Part shown: piece by piece, positions 40,778 to 50,251 of the stretch
How positions within the stretch are numbered: position 1 is the stretch's first letter
Layout of the letters: each line of letters opens with the position of its first letter
Translations under genes and position numbers: made by a program
The notes under the pieces: model-generated
What the model saw: the letters and a program-made list of their open reading frames with translations, nothing else
Told to the model about the DNA's origin: nothing
Databases searched by the model: none
DNA from: an uncultured Candidatus Cloacimonadota bacterium
Lineage (GTDB): Bacteria > Cloacimonadota > Cloacimonadia > Cloacimonadales > TCS61
Direction of reading: 5' to 3'
NCBI GenBank assembly: GCA_964521025.1
Contig: CAZFPK010000001.1
Location: forward strand, 92,845 to 156,844
DNA length: 64,000 nt

Positions 40778-40822
40778 CTAAATGACAGAACCGCCTGCAG
40801 GTAATCTTAATAATCTATTCAT
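40778..40822 (-). CDS. Leader peptide MNRLLRLPAGGSVI
   Basis: AAGGAGG RBS 6 nt upstream of ATG; stop overlaps a 13-nt sequence complementary to T1. Confidence 0.72.
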   Translation of the reverse strand: MNRLLRLPAGGSVI

Positions 40823-41108
40823 CCAAATCCTCCTTCGTTTATTTTGCATTTTGCAATGAAAGATTACTACTCTATTTTTTAAGGAATATATACTGTCAAG
40901 AATTTTTACTTAATTTTTCGAAAATATTTCTAATTCTTTAGTTGTAATTTGTTTAAAAATAGACAATTATCCAGATGAAATTTTATTTTATGAAATGAAA
41001 CAAAAAGATTTCTTCTAATAATAATGAATGAAATGGATAAAATTATTTCTCTTTACAATAAAATTGTATCTTTAAGTTTTGCAGAGAATTTTTTTCGGAG
41101 GATAGTAG

Positions 41109-41729
41109 ATGAAAAAAATCGATTTTAAAAAAGAGTTAAAAGAACTTTATAATCCATCTGCAAAAAAGGTTGTTGTCATAGATGTTCCGATTTTGAATTT
41201 CCTGATGATCGATGGACAGGGAAACCCGAATACTGCGAAAGAATACCAGGATGCTCTGGAAACACTTTACGGAGTTACCTTCACGATCAAAATGCTGCCC
41301 AAAAAAGGAGAAACTCCGGAAGGATATTTCGAATATGTTGTTCCACCTTTGGAAGGTCTCTGGTGGTCGGATGAAAAGAATAACCTTGATCTGGAAGATA
41401 AAAATAATTGGAAATGGACAGCCATGATCATGCAGCCGGAATTTGTAACGCAGGAATTGGTTGAATTTGCAATCCAACTTCTCCAAAAGAAAAAGGATAT
41501 TCCTGCTTTATCGAAAATGCGATTTGAAAGTTATAATGAAGGTTTATCCGCCCAGATAATGCATATTGGACCTTATGCGGAAGAAGCTACGACTATTGAT
41601 ATGATTTATCATTTCATCAAAGAAAAGGGATACAAATTTAATGGAAAACATCACGAGATCTATTTGAGCGATCCGCGACGAAGTGCTCCGGAAAAATTGA
41701 AAACAGTTATCAGACAACCGATCAAGTAA
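41109..41729 (+). CDS. GyrI-like small-molecule binding protein
   Basis: PPLEGLWW, MHIGPY, HHEIYLSDPRR..KLKTVIRQP. Confidence 0.88.
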   Translation: MKKIDFKKELKELYNPSAKKVVVIDVPILNFLMIDGQGNPNTAKEYQDALETLYGVTFTIKMLPKKGETPEGYFEYVVPPLEGLWWSDEKNNLDLEDKNNWKWTAMIMQPEFVTQELVEFAIQLLQKKKDIPALSKMRFESYNEGLSAQIMHIGPYAEEATTIDMIYHFIKEKGYKFNGKHHEIYLSDPRRSAPEKLKTVIRQPIK

Positions 41730-41804
41730 AACAATCAAGTAAAATGTCTTACAAAAAAACAATATAGCAAATTATACTACGAATAAAAGTAAGAAAGAGA
41801 ATTT

Positions 41805-44800
41805 ATGTTTGAAAAAAAATGGCAAAACTTAATTGAAGATGATTTAGACAAATTATCAGAAATAATAAATCCTGTAAAAGAAAAAACAATTAAACTCGAA
41901 GAAGGAGAAAACAGGATTGTTTCGATCTTCTTCCTCGATATAAAAGGTTTTACCGCGATGAGTGAAAAACTTCAATCCGAACAGGTGAAAAGAATAATCG
42001 ATAGGATCTTTAAAGTTTTCACTAATGTTATTCTCAAGTATGGTGGTTATATCGATAAATATGAAGGTGATTTGATCATGGCTCATTTCGGCAGTAAAAT
42101 AACTTCCGAAACCGATACTGAAAGAGCCATAAAAAGCGGATTGGAAATTCTAAACAAAATAAAGCAAATAAATGAGATGCTGACTCAAAGAAAGATAGAA
42201 CTAAATGTCAGGATCGGAATAAATACAGGAATGGTAACCACAGGCAAAATCGGTCTTCAAAGATCAGGAGATTTTACTGTTTATGGTGATGCGGTCAATC
42301 TTGCTGCCAGAATGGAAAAAAATGCTCCTTTGAACTCTATTTTGATTTCGGAAGAAACAAAGAAACTGGTTACCGATATATTCCGGTTTGAATCACTCGG
42401 TAAATTAAAATTAAAAGGTATTTCTTTTCCTGTCGATGTTTATAAAGTTCTGGGAGTTGTAACTAAAAAAATCGAGAGATGGGAACGGTTCAAGGTTGTG
42501 CATAGACCTGTATATGTGGGAAGAGATAAAGAATTAAAGAAAATTGAAAAAGTTTATGTAAAAGCAAAATCTCAAATTGGAAAAATCGACGCTGATTATA
42601 AACCTATAGTGATCGGCTTGCGTAGTCCTGCAGGACTGGGGAAATCCCGTCTTATTTATGAATTCTCTAACAAGATAAAAGATAAATACAAGTTAAAAAC
42701 CATGAAAAACATTAAAATAAGTGGTTATACAAAATCGTATGCCCAAGCACCTTATACAATTTGGACATCTTTTATCAAAAACTACATCGGCATTAATGAA
42801 ACCGATACAAATGAGATTATTAGAGAGAAATTCGAATATTTTTTTTCTGAAATTTCTCCGGAACTTAAAAGAAATGAAAACCAGGTTTTAGAAAAAGCAA
42901 AACCTATATTGGGATTTATCCTCGGTCTGACCTATAAAGATATTAGATTGAAAAATCCCGATCCAAAATCTATTCAAACAGAAATTTTCCTGGCAATTCG
43001 ATACTTCCTGGAGGCAATTACTAAAATAGCGAATAGACAAAATCATCCATTGATAATCGTCCTTGAAGACCTTCATTGGCTCGATGAATCATCCCGTTAT
43101 GCGTTGAAGACCATCTTATCATCTCTGAATGTGGAAGAAAAAAGAAATAATAAAGCAAACAAAATTTTGTTTCTCCTGCTTGCTTATCGAAATGAATTTG
43201 AACTCATTAGTGAATTTAAGTTTAGAACAGAATTTTATGAATTCCAATTAGAACCTTTAACAACTGATAATTCCGATCAAATGATAAATTCTATGCTCGG
43301 GAAAATAAACATCCCGCAAAAGATCAAATCCGAACTTCTATCAAAATCCGAAGGAAATCCATTTTATATCGAAGAATGGATTCACTTTCTCCTGGATGAA
43401 GATATAATTGAAAAAAAAGACAATATGTGGCGGCTGAAAAAGGAAATTACCGCTGTTCCGGATACTTTGCATAAACTTATTTTATCTCGTATCGACAGAA
43501 TGGAAACTCCTTTAAAAATTCTTCTGCAAAAAGCAAGTGTTATAGGATATTCATTTCTTAAATCCATCATGGAAGCAATGGAAATAAGACTGGGAAACAA
43601 GCAACCGATAGAACCAAAACTTACTCAACTAATTCACATGGACTGGCTTAAAAGAGAAGAAGAAGTCGATGAAACAGATACTAAATACTTATTCAAGCAT
43701 ATTATTGCCTGCGATGTCGTGTATCAGACTATTCTCATTTATAATAAGAAAATCCTGCACAAGATCATAGCAGAATATGTGGAAGAAAAATTCAGGGATA
43801 ACAAAGATTATTATGCTTTTCTGGCAAACCATTATGAAAAAGCAGAAGTAAAAGATAAATCAAGGGAATATCTGAAAAAGGCAGGAGACTTTGCCAGAGA
43901 TCATTATCAAAATGAATTGGCAGTCGTATTTTACGACCAACTATTGCAGAGCATTCACGATTTATCAAACCAAAAAGAATTAGAAATCGACATTCTTCTT
44001 AAAAAGGGTAACATCTTTCGATTTATAGGAAAGTGGAAAGAAGCAGAAGATATTTATCAAAATGCTCTTCATTTAGCGACCAAAATTAAGGATAAAAAAA
44101 GAATTGCAACTTTAACTAATTCTGTAGGTTGGCAAAATTATTTAAAAGGCAATTATGAAAAAGCAATGGAGTGTTTGGAAAAACAATTAAAAATCAGCGA
44201 AGAAATTGAAGATAAAAGCGGAATTTCAATAGCATTTGGAAATATGGGGGTTGTGTTTAAGGAATTAGGTAATTATGAAAGAGCAATGGAATGTCATAGG
44301 AAAAAATTAGAAATTTGTGAGGAACTCGAGGATAAAAGCGGAATGTCGATTGCATTTGGGAATATAGGTCTTGTTTATTGGAATCAGGGAAATTATGAAA
44401 GAGCAATGGAATTTCATGAGAAAAAATTAAAAATAAAAGAAGAACTCGCAGATAAAAAAGGAATCTCGATAGCAGTTGGGAATATGGGAATTGTTTATGA
44501 AAATCAAGGGAATCACAAAAAAGCGATGGAATGCTTTGAAAAAAGACTGAAAATCAGTGAAGAACTCGGCGATAAAAGCGGCATTTCAATAGCAGTCGGA
44601 AATATGGGAATTGTTTATAAGGAACAGGGTAATTATGAAAAAGCAATGGAGTGTTATCAAAAAGATTTAATTATATCGGAAGAATTGGGAAACAAAAAAG
44701 GAATTTCCAGAGCAGTCGGTAATATGGGACTTGTTCATACGAATCTTGGTAATTATACAAAAGCTATGGAATGTTATCAAAAAGATTTAGTAATTTTGGA

Positions 44801-45356
44801 GGAACTCGGAAATAAGAAGGGGATATCAATAGTCGTAGGTAATATGGGAAATGTTTATCGTTTTCAAGGAAATTTTGGAAAAGCGATAGATTGTTTTGAG
44901 AAAGTGATTGAAATCGACAGTGAAATCGGATTTAAACCTCACCTCCCTTATGTTTTATCTGAAAAAGCAAATTGTCTCTATGAACTGAAAAAATATGAAA
45001 AGGCGAATGAAATAAATGAAGAATGTCTGAAAATTGCTGAAGAGATAAAAGACGAAGAGTATATTTTTGCTGCTGAAATTCTAAAAGTGAAAATTGAGTT
45101 TAAAATAATAAAAAGATATAAGGTGCGGATAAAAAAGTGTATCGAATCGCTTGAAAAAATGCTTGCTGATACAAAGAAAGAAGAACAAATTGCTGCTCTG
45201 AATTATGAATTAGCAATTATGAACAAGCAATTAGGAGGAAAAGAAGTAACTGAAAAGTATAAAAAAGATGCAATAAAATCCTACAAAAAGCTCTATAAGA
45301 AAACACCGAAAATAGATTATAAAAACAAGTATGAAGAATTGGAGAAACTAAAATAA
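41805..45356 (+). CDS. Class III adenylate/guanylate cyclase + AAA ATPase + TPR (STAND-like)
   Basis: FLDIKGFT, DKYEGD, GDAVNLAARME; PAGLGKS, LEDLHWLD, GNPFYIEE; 40-aa TPR repeats. Confidence 0.9.
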   Translation: MFEKKWQNLIEDDLDKLSEIINPVKEKTIKLEEGENRIVSIFFLDIKGFTAMSEKLQSEQVKRIIDRIFKVFTNVILKYGGYIDKYEGDLIMAHFGSKITSETDTERAIKSGLEILNKIKQINEMLTQRKIELNVRIGINTGMVTTGKIGLQRSGDFTVYGDAVNLAARMEKNAPLNSILISEETKKLVTDIFRFESLGKLKLKGISFPVDVYKVLGVVTKKIERWERFKVVHRPVYVGRDKELKKIEKVYVKAKSQIGKIDADYKPIVIGLRSPAGLGKSRLIYEFSNKIKDKYKLKTMKNIKISGYTKSYAQAPYTIWTSFIKNYIGINETDTNEIIREKFEYFFSEISPELKRNENQVLEKAKPILGFILGLTYKDIRLKNPDPKSIQTEIFLAIRYFLEAITKIANRQNHPLIIVLEDLHWLDESSRYALKTILSSLNVEEKRNNKANKILFLLLAYRNEFELISEFKFRTEFYEFQLEPLTTDNSDQMINSMLGKINIPQKIKSELLSKSEGNPFYIEEWIHFLLDEDIIEKKDNMWRLKKEITAVPDTLHKLILSRIDRMETPLKILLQKASVIGYSFLKSIMEAMEIRLGNKQPIEPKLTQLIHMDWLKREEEVDETDTKYLFKHIIACDVVYQTILIYNKKILHKIIAEYVEEKFRDNKDYYAFLANHYEKAEVKDKSREYLKKAGDFARDHYQNELAVVFYDQLLQSIHDLSNQKELEIDILLKKGNIFRFIGKWKEAEDIYQNALHLATKIKDKKRIATLTNSVGWQNYLKGNYEKAMECLEKQLKISEEIEDKSGISIAFGNMGVVFKELGNYERAMECHRKKLEICEELEDKSGMSIAFGNIGLVYWNQGNYERAMEFHEKKLKIKEELADKKGISIAVGNMGIVYENQGNHKKAMECFEKRLKISEELGDKSGISIAVGNMGIVYKEQGNYEKAMECYQKDLIISEELGNKKGISRAVGNMGLVHTNLGNYTKAMECYQKDLVILEELGNKKGISIVVGNMGNVYRFQGNFGKAIDCFEKVIEIDSEIGFKPHLPYVLSEKANCLYELKKYEKANEINEECLKIAEEIKDEEYIFAAEILKVKIEFKIIKRYKVRIKKCIESLEKMLADTKKEEQIAALNYELAIMNKQLGGKEVTEKYKKDAIKSYKKLYKKTPKIDYKNKYEELEKLK

Positions 45357-45367
45357 AGGAAAACCAA

Positions 45368-46294
45368 ATGATCCAACTAAAAAACATCTCCAAAAACTTT
45401 GGTGAAATAAAAGCACTGCAAGATGTCTCGTTAAAGATTGAAAAAGGTGAACTCTTCGGTCTGCTCGGTCCAAATGGAGCAGGAAAGACGACAATGATTA
45501 ACATCATAAATACATTCCTGCCATTCGATGATGGGGAAATTCTCATAAACGATCTTTCTCTCAAAAATAGAAAAGAGAAGATCAAACAGAAGATCGGTGT
45601 CATCCCGCAGGAAATTGCCCTTTACGAAGAACTCACTGCTTTTGAGAACTTGAAATTCTGGGGAGAAGTTTATAGAATTACCGGGAAAGATCTGAAAAAC
45701 AGATGCGAAGAAACCTTGAAAATGGTCGGACTTTTTGAGAGAAGAAACGATGCATTGAAAAAATATTCCGGTGGAATGAAACGCAGGATAAACATTGCTG
45801 CCGGACTGCTTCATAACCCTGAAATAATCTTGATGGACGAACCGACAGTCGGTGTCGATCCGCAATCACGCAATTTCATTTTCGAGATGATCGAGCAGTT
45901 GAATTCCATTGGAAAAACAATTATTTATACAACACATTATATGGAAGAAGCGGAGAGACTTTGCCAGCGGATTGCCATAATCGATAAAGGACAGATCATC
46001 GCTTTGGGAACAAAAGAGGAATTGTTCAAACTATTGGAAAAAGAGAACAGCATTAATATCAAATTCAAAAAAAACATTGATTTAGAAAATTATAAAAATG
46101 CATTTAATGAATTCCAAATATCAAAAATTAATGATCAGACTTTGCAGGTTTCAGGTGAAAACTTGATCGGAAATTTATCAGTAATTCTCGATTCGATCAA
46201 TCAAAATAAAAATGAAATTTCGGAAATAGATTTTAATAAACCAAACCTGGAAAAACTCTTCCTGAAATTGACAGGACGAGAATTGAGAGAATAA
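45368..46294 (+). CDS. ABC-2 type ATP-binding protein
   Basis: GPNGAGKT, YSGGMKRR, DEPTVGVDPQSR. Confidence 0.92.
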   Translation: MIQLKNISKNFGEIKALQDVSLKIEKGELFGLLGPNGAGKTTMINIINTFLPFDDGEILINDLSLKNRKEKIKQKIGVIPQEIALYEELTAFENLKFWGEVYRITGKDLKNRCEETLKMVGLFERRNDALKKYSGGMKRRINIAAGLLHNPEIILMDEPTVGVDPQSRNFIFEMIEQLNSIGKTIIYTTHYMEEAERLCQRIAIIDKGQIIALGTKEELFKLLEKENSINIKFKKNIDLENYKNAFNEFQISKINDQTLQVSGENLIGNLSVILDSINQNKNEISEIDFNKPNLEKLFLKLTGRELRE

Positions 46295-46300
46295 AAAAAA

Positions 46301-46406
46301 CTCATCCCCTAACCCCTTCTCTTACAAGAGAAGGGGAACTCTATGGAAATAAAATTCACTTTATTTCGATTTATTCCCTCTCTTTTTAAGAGAGGATTAG
46401 GGTGAG
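46301..46406. repeat. REP-like doublet CTCA.CCCTAACCC..CTC / GAG..GGTTAGGGTGAG; second copy 58842-58936
   Basis: Two internal hairpins and inverted termini, two copies in the window. Confidence 0.75.
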
Positions 46407-46421
46407 CAAAAAGGAGTATGA

Positions 46422-47651
46422 ATGAACATATTCCCGCTTATAAAAAAAGATTTCAAAATGTTTTTCAAAAGCAAATCGGCAGTTGCTCTAACATACATTG
46501 TACCAATGGTGATCACCTTAATTTTTGGAGCAGTTTTCGGAGGATTCGGAAAGACGGAAGGAATCAGCGGTATTAAAGTGTTGCTGGTCGATGATGATCA
46601 AACGGAATTGTCCAAAAAATTCTACACACTTTTGGATAGTCTATCGGAACTGAAAGTCCATACGAAAAAGAGAGTAAAGGACGAATACATCCTCTTTGAT
46701 CAAAATTCGATGGATGAATGGATCAGGGAAGGAAAACGGAAACTCGGGATTTACATTCCAAAAGGTTTCGGAAGAAGTATCTCAACCGGAAGGAAAATCC
46801 TTCTCGAAATCCATTTCGATCCCAAATACCAGATCGAGTATGGAATCACAAATGGAATTATCAAAAAAGTTCTGGTAGAAAATTTCCCTCAAATAATGAT
46901 CAATAGTATGATGAAAAGCCCATTGTTCCGGCAGTTTTCCTTTACTGAAAATCAAGATCAGTTCATGATTAATATACCGGATTATGTTCCCAAAATGGAA
47001 AATCCGATCGATCTGAAATCCGTCAAGCTGCTCGGAAAAGCAAAGGAAAATTCCATGTTCGCACAATATGTAGCAGGAATGGCGGTGATGTTCCTTCTTT
47101 TCTCCGTTACTTATGCCGGTGCCACTCTTATCGATGAAAAAAATAACGGAACTATCGATAGACTGCTTATTGCTCCAGTCAAAAGAAGTGAAATCCTGCT
47201 CTCTAAAATGCTTTATATCAGTCTGTTGGGATTGTCTCAATTGATTGTTCTTTTTATTTTTGGTTGGCTCGTTTTTAAACTGAATATTTTCAAAGATGTT
47301 CCTGCACTTTTAGTGATGATAATTGTAACTGCTCTTGCCTGCTCGTCTGTCGGGATTTTTATTGCAGCTATTTGTAAGAATCAACAGCAGGTGGGAAGTC
47401 TTTCAACATTGCTCGTGCTGGGAATGTCTGCTCTCGGGGGTTCCATGTTTCCATCATTTATCATGCCGAAATATATTCAAACCATTGGAAATTTCACAGT
47501 CAATCATTGGGCAATGAAAGGAATAACCGATATTTTCTGGTATGATAAACATCTTTCCGATATTTATCCAAGTGTCCTCATTTTAATTGGAATTACATGT
47601 GTGTTTTCATTTATCGCTATCAGGATTTTTAATAGAAGGTTGATGGAATGA
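46422..47651 (+). CDS. ABC-2 type permease
   Basis: One N-terminal and several C-terminal TM helices; EKNNGTIDRLLIAP; LGGSMFP. Confidence 0.9.
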   Translation: MNIFPLIKKDFKMFFKSKSAVALTYIVPMVITLIFGAVFGGFGKTEGISGIKVLLVDDDQTELSKKFYTLLDSLSELKVHTKKRVKDEYILFDQNSMDEWIREGKRKLGIYIPKGFGRSISTGRKILLEIHFDPKYQIEYGITNGIIKKVLVENFPQIMINSMMKSPLFRQFSFTENQDQFMINIPDYVPKMENPIDLKSVKLLGKAKENSMFAQYVAGMAVMFLLFSVTYAGATLIDEKNNGTIDRLLIAPVKRSEILLSKMLYISLLGLSQLIVLFIFGWLVFKLNIFKDVPALLVMIIVTALACSSVGIFIAAICKNQQQVGSLSTLLVLGMSALGGSMFPSFIMPKYIQTIGNFTVNHWAMKGITDIFWYDKHLSDIYPSVLILIGITCVFSFIAIRIFNRRLME

Positions 47652-47699
47652 AGGAGATAGGAAAAGGGAAGGAAAATGGAAAATCGAAGGAGAAAGTTA

Positions 47700-48878
47700 A
47701 TGAAAAAAAACGAAATAATCTATCCGGATTATAACAACTCAACTTTGAATCTTGTTTCAACAATACAAAACATTTTCGGAGTAAAAACCGAACATAAACC
47801 TCTCAAGCAAATCGATGTCGGGGAATTAAAAGAAAAGCAGAACATCATCCTTATGATCTTCGATGGTTTTGGGTATAATCTTCTGGAAAAATATAAAAAA
47901 ACTTCCTGCTCTTTTTTAGCGGATCATTTCATCGATAAGATAACTTCGGTTTATCCATCCACGACAACTTCAGCTATTACAACTCTTTACACAGGAAAAT
48001 CTCCTCTCCAACACGGGGCTTTGGGCTGGAGTTTATATTTTAAAGATTATTTCAAAATGATCGATTTTTTACCGAATAATGATAGTATTTATCAGAAATC
48101 ATTAAATAAAGAAAATTTTAATACTCACGATTTTCTCGATATTCCCAATATTTTTTCACAGATAAAAGAAACTATGCCCGGAACACAATTATTTTACTTG
48201 AAACCGAAACATCTCGGAATAAGTATTTATTCTAAATATATGACCAGAGATGCCCAAAATATACCTTTCAAATCAGCAAAACAGCTCTTTACCCGAATCA
48301 AAAAAATCTCACAGAAAAAAAGCAGAAAATTCATTTTTTCATATTCCTCTCTTCCTGACGGTCTGGAACATCATCACGGAGTAGATGCGGAAATCGTTGA
48401 AAAATATCTTAAAGAAATCGATTGGAGATTGGAGAAACTATCATCCCAGTTAACAAACACAACGATCTTGATAACAGCAGATCACGGACTGACGAATGTA
48501 TATAAATATTTTTATGTAAACGAAGATAAAGAGTTGGATGATTGTCTGATCCTGCCTGCATTTCCGGAACCGAGATTTATTTCCTTTTTCGTGAAAAGTC
48601 ATAAAATGAAAGATTTTGAGAGGATCATAAAAAAATACGAGAATGATTTTTTGTTTATGAAAAGAGAAAAACTCTTCACTGCTAATTTATTTGGTTTTGG
48701 AAAGCAGCATCCGAAAATAGATGATTTCATCGGTGATTATGTAGCGATCGCTATTTCCGATGCTGCCATGAAACCGGTATTTCAGCAGAATGAAAAGAAT
48801 AAACAGGAATTTCCGGCACATCATTGCGGATTGACGAAAGATGAAATGCTGGTTCCGCTTATCAGGATCGATGCTTAA
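47700..48878 (+). CDS. Alkaline-phosphatase-superfamily (nucleotide pyrophosphatase-type) protein
   Basis: FDGFG, SVYPSTT, TADHG, HHCGLT..EMLVP. Confidence 0.85.
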   Translation: MKKNEIIYPDYNNSTLNLVSTIQNIFGVKTEHKPLKQIDVGELKEKQNIILMIFDGFGYNLLEKYKKTSCSFLADHFIDKITSVYPSTTTSAITTLYTGKSPLQHGALGWSLYFKDYFKMIDFLPNNDSIYQKSLNKENFNTHDFLDIPNIFSQIKETMPGTQLFYLKPKHLGISIYSKYMTRDAQNIPFKSAKQLFTRIKKISQKKSRKFIFSYSSLPDGLEHHHGVDAEIVEKYLKEIDWRLEKLSSQLTNTTILITADHGLTNVYKYFYVNEDKELDDCLILPAFPEPRFISFFVKSHKMKDFERIIKKYENDFLFMKREKLFTANLFGFGKQHPKIDDFIGDYVAIAISDAAMKPVFQQNEKNKQEFPAHHCGLTKDEMLVPLIRIDA

Positions 48879-49043
48879 AAATCCGCTATTCCGAGATTTT
48901 CTCTTTCGAGATAGAGACGGATTCTTTCAGCAGTAAAACGAGGTATCTTGATATTCTCTTGCATTCTCTTTCAAGATCAGGAATCTGTAACTGAAACAGG
49001 AAAAGGAATTTTTTTAAATCAATTTTCGGACTTTATTTTATAA

Positions 49044-49958
49044 ATGACTGATCAAAAAAAAGCCTACATTTACGCCTTTCTCGCAGTTCTTCTCTGGTCA
49101 ACAGCAGCATCTGCTTTTAAAATTTCTCTAAGATATTCGAATTTTCTACACCTTCTCTTATTCTCATCTTTTTTTGCTTCTCTCGTTTTATTCATAATTT
49201 TAGTGTTTCAACAAAAAATCGAACTGGTATTTTCTTTTTCCAAAAAAGAATATTTACATTCACTTTTTCTCGGTTTCCTGAATCCATTCCTTTATTATCT
49301 GATCCTCTTCAAAGCATACGAATTACTTCCGGCTCAGGAAGCACAACCATTGAATTTCATCTGGCCTCTGATGATCGTGCTTCTCTCCATTCCGATCCTC
49401 AAACAGAAGATCAAACTAATAAATATTATTGCCCTCTTGATCAGTTTCCTGGGAGTAATTATCATTTCCACTCATGGAAAAGTCTTCGATCTAAAATTTT
49501 CAAATCCGTTCGGAGTCTTTCTTGCTCTATTTTCTTCGATCATCTGGGCATTTTTCTTTATCTTTAATATGAAGGATAAAAGAGATGAAATCGCAAAACT
49601 CTTTTTAAGTTTCTTATTTGGATTTTTCTATATTTTAGTTTTCTCTCTTATTTTTACGAAAATTGAACTTCTTTCAATGAAAGGAATTTTAGGAGCAACT
49701 TATATCTCATTTTTTGAAATGGCGATTACTTTTTTTGTCTGGCTAAAAGCACTAACTCTTTCAGAGACAACCGCAAAAGTAAATAATCTCATCTATCTGA
49801 CACCATTTCTATCATTGTTATTCATAAATTTCCTGGTCGGAGAAAAAATTTTGTTTTCAACTTTTATTGGTTTGATTTTTATTGTCTCGGGAATTTTATG
49901 TAGTTCGGAACCTTTAGTCCGGCAACTGACTGATTGTTCCGGGTCCACAGATATTTAG
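49044..49958 (+). CDS. EamA/DMT family transporter; C-terminus extends into a REP
   Basis: About ten TM helices; LPAQEAQPLNFIWP. Confidence 0.88.
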   Translation: MTDQKKAYIYAFLAVLLWSTAASAFKISLRYSNFLHLLLFSSFFASLVLFIILVFQQKIELVFSFSKKEYLHSLFLGFLNPFLYYLILFKAYELLPAQEAQPLNFIWPLMIVLLSIPILKQKIKLINIIALLISFLGVIIISTHGKVFDLKFSNPFGVFLALFSSIIWAFFFIFNMKDKRDEIAKLFLSFLFGFFYILVFSLIFTKIELLSMKGILGATYISFFEMAITFFVWLKALTLSETTAKVNNLIYLTPFLSLLFINFLVGEKILFSTFIGLIFIVSGILCSSEPLVRQLTDCSGSTDI

Positions 49959-50200
49959 ATCGAACAGAGATTATAAAAAGGAGGATCAGAACAAGTTTTG
50001 AACTTCAGTAGCTCGGAACTTGTTCCGAAAAAAGTGTAACACCATCGTCCAGATAGAAATAGAAAATTCAAAGATTGAACTCGACTTGTCCCGAAGGTAT
50101 TCGGGATGTGAGTTGAGTTCAATTTTAGGACAAAGTGTTAGACGAGAATAACTTGTTTCGCAAGACGCAATTCTCAACTCGCACTTCGTAGCAAGTCGAG
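49900..50200. repeat. Cluster of GTAG REPs and other palindromes
   Basis: GTAGTTCGGAAC..TTGTTCCG 49900-49942, inverted copy ~49986, GTAGCTCGGAACTTGTTCCGA 50008-50028. Confidence 0.8.
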
Positions 50201-50251
50201 TCTTGCAGGAATATGAAGACCACCGGGACAGTGGTGATACAGGAGGAAACC

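Noticed and set aside
44140-44900. DGR template/variable repeats
   Set aside because: Ordinary in-frame TPR repeats; differences not adenine-specific; no reverse transcriptase
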